Assembly (NCBI GenBank): GCA_964471145.1
Contig: CAYYGK010000002.1
Span: 1-33,132 of the forward strand
Source: an uncultured Eubacteriales bacterium
Lineage (GTDB): Bacteria; Bacillota; Clostridia; Acetivibrionales; STF1-152
Length of the DNA stretch: 33,132 bases
Direction of reading: 5' to 3'
A program made the translations under genes and the position numbers. Below the pieces are notes generated by a model. It made no database searches. It was not told where the DNA came from and saw nothing but the letters and a program-made list of their open reading frames with translations. Positions 12,427-19,913 of the stretch are shown here, one piece after another; position 1 is the first letter of the stretch, and every line of letters begins with the position of its first letter.

Positions 12427-13824
12427 CTACGGTATGGTAAATACGAATTCGTTGTTTGCAAGAGCCACCCTGTCCCCGTTTCTGACAGGATAGTCCGTGT
12501 TGCTTTCCAGTCTTTCTCCGTTTATGTAAGTTCCGTTCCTGCTGTTAAGGTCCTTTATATAGTATTTCCCGTCACGGCTTACAATCTCTGCATGCACCTT
12601 GCCTACCGTATTATTCTTAAGAACAAAATCAACCATCTCCCCCAGCCTGCCTATAACCAAAGGGTTCTTGACAAGCGGTATGACTTCATGGTTTTTCTCC
12701 CCGCAGCCTTTCAGTGCCGGAAGTCCGCTTTTTGTTCCTGCAAGAACCTCTGTATGTTGTTCCTGTTCCAACAGGTCTTCTTTTTGGTCCTTAACACTGC
12801 TTTTTATCGTCCTTCTTTTAGTGGCTGCTCTTTGGGAGGATTCTTGTTTTCTGCTTAAGCGCTCACCGATGTACTCACGGAGTTCCCTGAAAAAGTTGCT
12901 GCCCAGTATGCTCTTTGAAATCAGCACATCCAATCCGGCCAAAACCAGAATTGTACCGGCAAGAACCGTGCTCTCCCTGCCGCTTGCCCGTACCATTTGG
13001 TAAACAGTAAAAAATAATACCGTAAAAAATACCTGCAGCATCACCTCGGCAATAATCTTTGGGCCTATGGCTGCCGATTTTGATTTTTCTTCAGGTATAT
13101 TCTCCTCTCTTCCTTTCGTCAGATAGTACAGGTCATTGTCCTTTACCACCCTTTCATAGGAACTCATAACACCACCATCGTCGTCTATCCAGTCACTACC
13201 CAGAGGATACCTTTCTTCCTGCAGCTCCTCCTGCCGGTCTTTGCCCAGCAGGCTGTTAAGAAGTTCTCTAAATTCCTTTATGCTGAACGCCTCACTCTTG
13301 AGACTGTCTATTATCCGCTGTATGTAGTTTCCGTCAGAGGGGTTTTCCTCAAGCCTTGCCAGTCTTGCAACTATCCGCAGTATAAGCTCTCTGTAGTTTT
13401 CCACAAAATCTTCCTCATTATCTGCCGGAACATACACAAGATAGGTTCTTAGTGTTGCAGGATCAATAAAGATATACTTCTCATCCATCACAAAGCATCT
13501 GTCATAAAGGAGGTATCCGTCGCAAAACTTTAATGGTGAAGTAATATTTACAAGTATATTGAGCAGCTCGTCCCTTTTGAGTTTCTTCAAGGTGAAATAT
13601 TTCTCTAATGTAAGTTTTGAGGTCACATCATATGAAAAGCAGACACATTCATCCGTGACCAGTGTCCGCAGGTTAAGAACCCCCACAATGCAGTTGTGGA
13701 CAAGCATGTCAATCTGATGATAAATCAGCTCCACTTCCTTTGGTATCCTTATAACAAGATTGCTTGATCTGGTATTCCTTTCGTATTTACACTCAAATTC
13801 CATGCCATGAGTCATTATTACCAT
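12427..13824 (-). CDS. Membrane-anchored FHA-domain protein (N-terminal DUF6382-like domain, 2 TM, C-terminal FHA), last gene of the tad operon
   Basis: C-terminal FHA motifs VIGR, KVHAEI, IKDLNSRNGTYING, GDRVALA. Two hydrophobic helices mid-protein. The N-terminal ~190 aa (YQIDMLVHNCIVGVL, YLLYDRCFVMDEKYIFID...YLVYVP) resembles DUF6382 from memory. GGAGG SD. Confidence 0.8.
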   Translation of the reverse strand: MVIMTHGMEFECKYERNTRSSNLVIRIPKEVELIYHQIDMLVHNCIVGVLNLRTLVTDECVCFSYDVTSKLTLEKYFTLKKLKRDELLNILVNITSPLKFCDGYLLYDRCFVMDEKYIFIDPATLRTYLVYVPADNEEDFVENYRELILRIVARLARLEENPSDGNYIQRIIDSLKSEAFSIKEFRELLNSLLGKDRQEELQEERYPLGSDWIDDDGGVMSSYERVVKDNDLYYLTKGREENIPEEKSKSAAIGPKIIAEVMLQVFFTVLFFTVYQMVRASGRESTVLAGTILVLAGLDVLISKSILGSNFFRELREYIGERLSRKQESSQRAATKRRTIKSSVKDQKEDLLEQEQHTEVLAGTKSGLPALKGCGEKNHEVIPLVKNPLVIGRLGEMVDFVLKNNTVGKVHAEIVSRDGKYYIKDLNSRNGTYINGERLESNTDYPVRNGDRVALANNEFVFTIP

Positions 13825-13844
13825 TGGATACCCTCCATTAGCCT

Positions 13845-14069
13845 TTAGTTTATACTGTTGCTGTTTCTAATGTTTCCGCTTCCGACATCCTCAATAATGC
13901 TGGAGTCTCCAAAAACCTCCTCCATGATCTCAACCGCAAAGTTAATTATGGCATCCCTGAATATAAGGGCTATGCCTACCAGCACGGCTATTATAATCAC
14001 TATTTCAACTGTGCCCAGCCCCTTGTTATTGCCAATAAACATTCTTATCCTGGTTAACACATCCTTCAC
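13845..14069 (-). CDS. flp: Flp1-like type IVc (Flp) major pilin
   Basis: 74 aa with a basic leader, cleavage site NNKG|LGTVE (E+5) and a hydrophobic helix IVIIIAVLVGIALIF. Strong SD; follows tadC. Confidence 0.88.
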   Translation of the reverse strand: MKDVLTRIRMFIGNNKGLGTVEIVIIIAVLVGIALIFRDAIINFAVEIMEEVFGDSSIIEDVGSGNIRNSNSIN

Positions 14070-14080
14070 CCCCTCTCCTC

Positions 14081-14887
14081 TTATACAAACATAAGCGCCA
14101 GCATTGCAGGTGTTGCCGCAATAAGCAGTATTGCCACAAAAACCAGCATAAGCGGCAGCAGCATTTTAGTAGAGGCCTCTTCCCCCATTTTTCTGGCTGC
14201 GTTTTTTCTGATCTGCCAGCACTCGTTTGCACATACTCTGAGTACAGATACAAGCTCTGCGCTGCCCTTCCTTAAGTTTAAAACAAGTATTGAAACAAAC
14301 CTTGTTATTTCAGGTATGCGGCACCTTTTTGCAAGGTTTTCATATGCCTGCAGGTCAGGTTTGCCTGCGTTAATCTCTGCCAACACTCCTTGCAGTTCAC
14401 GGAAAAGCGGGCTTGTTGCTCTATCGCTGCTCTCTACAATTCTTTTCATTGCATTTTCGACAGTCATCCCGGCGTTAACAAGAAGCGCAAGCCTGTTTAA
14501 GAAGTCCGGAAAGTCCAATCGCAGCCTGGTTCTTCTCCTGTCAAGCCTGCTCCTTATGTCTTTGTCTGTAAAGTACATTACACTGGCGAAAAGAAGCAAG
14601 GCAAACACAACCGTGCCTGCATCCGGTTTTGAAAGCAGCATCAGCATGCCTGAAAAGACTATGCACAATATAAGATAAACCGCTCTGGACGCCCAGTAGA
14701 GTTTAAGACGGTCCCGGGCATCTTCAGGCGTGTAAAGCTGTGACAATATAACAACAACCCCTCTGTCATAGACAGTGTTATACCTGTAACCGGTCAGTTC
14801 CATGAGCAGTATCCCTGCCGGCAGCAGTGCTTTTAACGGATAGTCCTTTTTATCTGCTTTTTGGATCAGATTCCTGTACCTGCCCAA
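14081..14887 (-). CDS. tadC: TadC, type II secretion system F-family platform protein
   Basis: DFPDFLNRLALLVNAGMTVENA; C-terminal GEEASTKMLLPLMLVF plus TM. Confidence 0.9.
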   Translation of the reverse strand: MGRYRNLIQKADKKDYPLKALLPAGILLMELTGYRYNTVYDRGVVVILSQLYTPEDARDRLKLYWASRAVYLILCIVFSGMLMLLSKPDAGTVVFALLLFASVMYFTDKDIRSRLDRRRTRLRLDFPDFLNRLALLVNAGMTVENAMKRIVESSDRATSPLFRELQGVLAEINAGKPDLQAYENLAKRCRIPEITRFVSILVLNLRKGSAELVSVLRVCANECWQIRKNAARKMGEEASTKMLLPLMLVFVAILLIAATPAMLALMFV

Positions 14888-14901
14888 CCAATACAGACCC
14901 C

Positions 14902-15693
14902 CTACAATTCAATCTCATTTATTTTCTTTGAAACCACATATGCCAGAGCAAAAAGCATAAGCGCCACAGTCATTACAATTCTTCCAGCTGCAGTAGTAAA
15001 AACAGGGAGTATATAATCAGATGCCGTAAAAGACAGCAGCACAACCATTGCAGGAGGTAGAATATAAAGCACTTTCTGCTCAAAATTCCTCTCTGCAAGC
15101 ATGGTTTCAATCTCCTGCCTTATTTCAATCCTGTCATTAATAATATTGGTGGTATTCCTGATGACGTCCACCATGTTTGCACCCGATTTTCTGCTTATCC
15201 TGAAAACTTCGGCAAAGCTTTTAATGTCTTCTACATGAGAACGCCGTGCCAAATCGTCCAGGGCAGATTCAAGTGTCTCGTTTAGTTCAAGTCTGAGTTG
15301 AATAATCCTTGCCTCCCTTACAATAGCAGTATCGCTGTCAGGATAAAGCAGTGACAGTTCGGACGGCACCTGCATGAATGCGCTTTCTATGGGTCTCCCG
15401 GCAGACAGTGAGGATGAGAGGGCATAGAGCATGTCCTTAAACTGTGTGTTGAGTTCTTTTTTCCTCCTCTTTATAAGCATCTTCCTTTTCATGTGCGGAT
15501 ATAGAAGTCCAAGAGGGGATAATAATATACACATGGCAGCACTCCTGTAAAAAATATAGCTCACTATACAGACAGCCACCGATGCGAACAGAGAATACCC
15601 GGCAAACTCAATTGCAGACATGCTATAATGGTTGTAGTCATTTTCATTGAGGACTTTTGCTTCCTTCTTCAACAGCCTTATACCCCTTTTCAT
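14902..15693 (-). CDS. tadB: TadB, type II secretion system F-family platform protein
   Basis: QFKDMLYALSSSLSAGRPIESAF, ISRKSGANMVDVI, N- and C-terminal TMs. Exact start uncertain because it overlaps the tadA 3' end. Confidence 0.9.
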   Translation of the reverse strand: MKRGIRLLKKEAKVLNENDYNHYSMSAIEFAGYSLFASVAVCIVSYIFYRSAAMCILLSPLGLLYPHMKRKMLIKRRKKELNTQFKDMLYALSSSLSAGRPIESAFMQVPSELSLLYPDSDTAIVREARIIQLRLELNETLESALDDLARRSHVEDIKSFAEVFRISRKSGANMVDVIRNTTNIINDRIEIRQEIETMLAERNFEQKVLYILPPAMVVLLSFTASDYILPVFTTAAGRIVMTVALMLFALAYVVSKKINEIEL

Positions 15694-16888
15694 AAAGCAG
15701 CTTTCCGGTATGAATCATTTTATTCCCCGTCTCCCTGAGAACCCCTCCTGCTGCACCGTGTTCAAAGCTATATAGTGGATTAAGTGCTATGGCGCTTCCG
15801 CTGCATCCTGCCATCTCTGAAATCTCCATAACCTTCCTGCTCCCGTCCCTCAGGCGTGACAAATGAACCATTATATCAAGGGCTGAAGCTATCTGGTGTC
15901 TTACTGCTTCCAGCGGAATATTTGCAGCCATCAGTACCATGGTCTCAAGACGGGTAAGCATATCCGAAGCTGAATTGGCATGCCCTGTGGAAAGGGAACC
16001 GTCATGCCCTGTGTTCATTGCCTGCAGCATGTCGAGTGTTTCGGGTCCCCTGACTTCTCCTACAATAATCCTGTCGGGTCTCATCCTGAGAGATGTCCTT
16101 ATAAGGTCCCTTATGGTTATACGTCCTTTCCCCTCTGTGTTTTCATTTCTTGTTTCCAGTCTGACTATGTTGTCTATTCCGCTAATCTTCAATTCAGCCG
16201 AATCCTCTATTGTAATAATTCTCTCGTTTGATGGTATGCTGTTTGAAAGTGCATTAAGAAAAGTAGTCTTCCCTGAATTTGTCCCTCCACATATGAAAAT
16301 GTTATACCTTGCCCTTACAAGCCGGGCCAGGAACGATGCTGCTTTTGCCGACAGGGATTTCAACTTTACAAGCCTTTCCATTGTGAATGGTTCATTCCCA
16401 AACTTCCTTATAGTCATTATAGGCCCATTAAGAGCAACAGGCTGCAGTACAACATTTATCCTGGATCCATCCTTAAGACGGGCATCAACAATGGGCATTG
16501 ATTCATTTACTGTCCTGTTGGCCCTGGATACTATGGAGTGGATTACATTCTCAAGCTTCTCCATGCATTCAAAACCCATATCCAGTCTTTGGGTCCTCCC
16601 TTCCCTTTCAATGAATACCGTATCCGGCCCGTTTATCATTATTTCAGTCACCGACTGGTCATCCACCAGAGGCTGCAGCACTCCAAGCCCTCTTAAAGAA
16701 TTAAACACAGTCTCCACAAGTGTTTTCTTTGTTTCCAGGTCAATATATTCTTTTTTTGAAAGGCAGAAGACGGTATCCGTTATCATATCCCTTATACTTT
16801 CATCCGTTAATTCCTCCCCGGGATTGATGCTTTGAAGAACCCTGCTTTTTACATCCTCAACCCTGGATTTCAAATCAGAATCGGTCAT
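15644..16888 (-). CDS. tadA: TadA/CpaF pilus assembly ATPase
   Basis: EIMINGP, DARLKDGSRIN, IRKF, Walker A GGTNSGKTT, TIEDSAEL, LRMRPDRIIVGEVRG, AMNTGHDGSLSTGHAN. Confidence 0.96.
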   Translation of the reverse strand: MTDSDLKSRVEDVKSRVLQSINPGEELTDESIRDMITDTVFCLSKKEYIDLETKKTLVETVFNSLRGLGVLQPLVDDQSVTEIMINGPDTVFIEREGRTQRLDMGFECMEKLENVIHSIVSRANRTVNESMPIVDARLKDGSRINVVLQPVALNGPIMTIRKFGNEPFTMERLVKLKSLSAKAASFLARLVRARYNIFICGGTNSGKTTFLNALSNSIPSNERIITIEDSAELKISGIDNIVRLETRNENTEGKGRITIRDLIRTSLRMRPDRIIVGEVRGPETLDMLQAMNTGHDGSLSTGHANSASDMLTRLETMVLMAANIPLEAVRHQIASALDIMVHLSRLRDGSRKVMEISEMAGCSGSAIALNPLYSFEHGAAGGVLRETGNKMIHTGKLLYEKGYKAVEEGSKSPQ

Positions 16889-18042
16889 TTTGGATCAGCC
16901 TTTCCGGGCAGCCGGCTCCATCTGCATTCACTGCCTGTCACAAACCTGTTTAGTACCTCTCCAAGGCCCTCCACAAATCCATTTTTGCCATTGAGAAACA
17001 CCTCACCGTCCTGTATCATTTCCATTTCCCTGCAGTATGGAAGCCTTGCCCGTATGGATTTTGCCGGAAGCACATCCTCTATGCCGTATCCTTCTCTGCC
17101 TTCGACATATTTGTTTTCAACAGCCACAATCCTCAATTCAACGTCTGTATCCTTCATCCTGTCCATGCGCTCAATCTCACGAAAGAGAATACGAAGTTTT
17201 TCTGCCGCTATGGCACTCCTTGTGACCGGCATTATTATAACATCGCACTTTTGCAGAATTGCGAGATTTCTCTTGTTCAAACTGCTTTCCATATCAATAA
17301 CTACAGTATCATAAAGACCTGTGAATTTCAGGCTGTGAACCAGTGCGCCATACCCGTTTATCGATAACTCATCCAGTTCCAGAGGGCTTTCGGGAGGCGT
17401 ATAGTAATGTATCCCATAGATATCCGATACTTCCTGTGCTCCCTTTACCGTTTTTTCACTTTCCGTACCATGACACTTAAGTGAAAACAGTACCTTTGAG
17501 AGAGTATGGCCCTCCCTTTTGTCAAAGCATGCATGTAGAGAACTGGCGCTTTCAAGATTAAGATAGAATGCTTTTAAACCTCTCCTGGCACATTGAATGC
17601 TCAAGCCTGTTGAAATCAAAGTCTTTCCTGCTCCCCCTATCGGGGAATAAACCCCCACGACCCTTGTATCCCGGATATTGCCATGCAGCGTTTCACTCAT
17701 GCCTTCTTTAGAGTTGAATATATCAAGAATATCTCCCACTATGGAGTCGCAGTGCCTGTACTTAAAGACCGATGGAATCCTTTTTTTTGTATAGGAAGCA
17801 TCATCTTCAAGTAGTATTATTGTCCCGCTAAAGCTCTTCAGTTTCTCCTGGCTGTAAAGCAGCGGTGAAATAAGAATCATGTGGAATCTTTCAGGCTTCA
17901 TTTCATATTCTGAAATAAATGTATCAATGGACGAAAAACTGTTAACACTGAACGTAAAAGAATAGTTCGATGTTATGTAACCTGCCAGGCTTTCTGCGTA
18001 TATCCTGCTATTGTCTATAATAGCGATATTTATCTTTCCCAC
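16885..18042 (-). CDS. tadZ: TadZ/CpaE-like ParA/MinD-family ATPase with N-terminal receiver-like domain
   Basis: N-terminal IAIID receiver-like start, VGVYSPIGGAGKT P-loop, YLNLE, YDTVVIDM. Stop overlaps the tadA start (ATGA). Confidence 0.75.
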   Translation of the reverse strand: MGKINIAIIDNSRIYAESLAGYITSNYSFTFSVNSFSSIDTFISEYEMKPERFHMILISPLLYSQEKLKSFSGTIILLEDDASYTKKRIPSVFKYRHCDSIVGDILDIFNSKEGMSETLHGNIRDTRVVGVYSPIGGAGKTLISTGLSIQCARRGLKAFYLNLESASSLHACFDKREGHTLSKVLFSLKCHGTESEKTVKGAQEVSDIYGIHYYTPPESPLELDELSINGYGALVHSLKFTGLYDTVVIDMESSLNKRNLAILQKCDVIIMPVTRSAIAAEKLRILFREIERMDRMKDTDVELRIVAVENKYVEGREGYGIEDVLPAKSIRARLPYCREMEMIQDGEVFLNGKNGFVEGLGEVLNRFVTGSECRWSRLPGKADPK

Positions 18043-18123
18043 GTTAACCCCCCATTATGTTAATTTATATATCAGTTCCACAATATATATAATAACTGCA
18101 CATAAAAAGAAACACGCTAATAT

Positions 18124-18152
18124 ATTGTAAACTGTAATCCTTAATATGTCAA
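18124..18152 (-). promoter_or_regulatory. Sigma-A promoter of the tad operon
   Basis: Minus strand TTGACA (18152-18147), 17 nt, TACAAT (18129-18124). Near-consensus, about 80 nt upstream of the tadZ GTG. Confidence 0.7.
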
Positions 18153-18181
18153 ATGAATGTTTATGTATTCTTTGTAAAGAC

Positions 18182-18203
18182 AAAAAACCCCGCAGCAGCG
18201 GGG
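18182..18203 (-). terminator. Rho-independent terminator insulating the tad promoter
   Basis: Minus strand CCCCGC-TGCT-GCGGGG followed by TTTTTT. Confidence 0.8.
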
Positions 18204-18492
18204 GATATATAAAATTTGATATGTCATATTAGTGTTGCATTTCTTTTATAAAGATAAATTTTTCTGTTCTCGACAACGCTACAGGAAATAATTTTGCATA
18301 AATATTGCAAAATGGAGATCTTGTGAAAGAGGGATTAATTTTTACTATTGCAGCAGTATAAAGGTTATCTATATTATAGGGAGAACCCTTATAAGCGTGT
18401 AGATATGCATAAAACACCAGCTGCACAATATAATCTGTCAAAAGAAGAGATGCTGAGCAGAAATTTGATAATAAACAGCTGATGGACAAAGC

Positions 18493-18536
18493 GTACGAAC
18501 GCGCCTTCACCTAAAGAGAATCAGGTGCGTTCATGC
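18493..18536. terminator. Hairpin downstream of the 18548..19210 gene (possible terminator or RNA structure)
   Basis: GAACGCGCCT (18497-18506) pairs with AGGTGCGTTC (18523-18532) and is extendable. No strong U-tract on either side. Confidence 0.4.
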
Positions 18537-18547
18537 TTGAAAATCTT

Positions 18548-19210
18548 CTACATGTATTTAAGTATATAGTTCCATAAGCCTTCAGCCATGCCTACTATAC
18601 CGTTTCCTCCAATCATGACGAACAGAACAAGAAGCAAAAGATTGAAGGCAACAGTATCAGTGATAAATGCCTTTTCAACCGTAACAAAAGTCTTGTACCG
18701 GTTAATAGAAACATCAACAGCCTTGAATACAGCAAAGAGTATATTGAACATGAGGAACACCCCAAAGACAAGTACGGTAAGCCTCGTGGCAAGAGACAGC
18801 GCACTTTCAGAGAACTCCTGGTACATTATAAATGAAATGGGTGCTACAACCGGCCATATTGCAAGTGCAAGAAAAAACGCCGTAAAAAAACGTATTACAA
18901 GAGGAACCGGCGATGTAATCACATGAACAACGTTCTTTAAAAATACATTCACCCTGTTTATCTCCCACACCTTGAGTTCAGAGGTTTCCTTGTTAAGCCT
19001 TACCAGCGTATACGACTCCTCGCTGTCATCCACCGTAAGCAGATAATCCTCCCGGTTATCCCTGTCGTAGTACCACTTCTTAACAAGGATCCATTCTTCA
19101 TAGGGAAGAACATAACGCTTGGTAGTTCCTGTAGAAGAGACCTGCACTACAACTCTTGTTACATGAAAAAAGTACTCCATAATATTCTTTAAAAAATCCA
19201 TTTTGACCAC
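18548..19210 (-). CDS. Hypothetical membrane protein (soluble N-terminal ~95 aa plus ~3 TM helices)
   Basis: 220-codon ORF filling the gap between neighbours, with clear hydrophobic helices. No family recognised. Start is GTG 19210 or ATG 19201. Confidence 0.7.
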   Translation of the reverse strand: MVKMDFLKNIMEYFFHVTRVVVQVSSTGTTKRYVLPYEEWILVKKWYYDRDNREDYLLTVDDSEESYTLVRLNKETSELKVWEINRVNVFLKNVVHVITSPVPLVIRFFTAFFLALAIWPVVAPISFIMYQEFSESALSLATRLTVLVFGVFLMFNILFAVFKAVDVSINRYKTFVTVEKAFITDTVAFNLLLLVLFVMIGGNGIVGMAEGLWNYILKYM

Positions 19211-19349
19211 CAGTCATCAGTTTTCTATATTCATTGCTTAAATTCTACACGATTTTTACAAATCAATCAAGAGTTGTGACTGTATTTTCATCCCCGATTT
19301 GGTATACTTGATTTGTTGTGAATCTATGAAAAACCGGGAGGCGTTGAAC

Positions 19350-19892
19350 ATGAGAATATGTGCCGATGAAACTGCCGCCGTAATCATTGATATGCAGGAG
19401 AGGCTTTTTGGAGCGGTTTCAGACAGAACAGGAATTGCCGAAAGAACGGTACTGCTTTTAAAGGGGCTTCGAATACTGGAAATACCTATAGTCGTAACAC
19501 AGCAGTACACCAAAGGCTTAGGACCGACCATAGAACCTGTAAGGGCTGCGCTGGGCGCTTTTTCTTCAATAGAAAAAAGCTCCTTCAGCTGCTGTGATGA
19601 GCCTTTATTCATAGACGGTCTTTCCAGCCTGAACAGGAATCAGATAATAGTTGCGGGTATGGAAGCCCATGTATGTGTTATGCAGACTGTTACTGACCTT
19701 GCTGCAAGGGGATACTCTCCTGTAGTTATAAGAAACTGCATAACTTCCCGCAGTCCCGCCGACATGGAGGCAGCTGTTGAAAGGATGAAGCAGGAAGGAG
19801 CCCTTATTGCCAGTTATGAGTCGGTGCTCTTTGAACTCTGCCGATATGCGGGAACCGACACCTTCAGGAAGATATCAGCCCTTGTGAAATAG
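19350..19892 (+). CDS. Isochorismatase-family (YcaC/ISOC-like) cysteine hydrolase
   Basis: IIDMQERL, TQQYTKGLGPT, EKSSFSC, AGMEAHVCVMQT. ATG 19350 follows GGGAGG. Confidence 0.9.
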   Translation: MRICADETAAVIIDMQERLFGAVSDRTGIAERTVLLLKGLRILEIPIVVTQQYTKGLGPTIEPVRAALGAFSSIEKSSFSCCDEPLFIDGLSSLNRNQIIVAGMEAHVCVMQTVTDLAARGYSPVVIRNCITSRSPADMEAAVERMKQEGALIASYESVLFELCRYAGTDTFRKISALVK

Positions 19893-19913
19893 AACATTGC
19901 AGGCAGGCATTTG

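Noticed and set aside
15939-16835. 298-aa plus-strand ORF antisense to tadA, and similar shadow ORFs over atpA, atpD, addA and addB
   Set aside because: They lie fully opposite well-conserved genes, are Ser/Ile-rich mirror frames and show no motifs.
18043-18120. Possible c-di-GMP riboswitch in the tad leader
   Set aside because: The leader is only ~75 nt and AT-rich, with no GEMM-like GNRA/receptor stems or leader terminator.
18229-18510. 93-aa minus-strand ORF from the track
   Set aside because: No SD, it starts inside a hairpin, its composition is not protein-like and it has no motif. Treated as probably non-coding.
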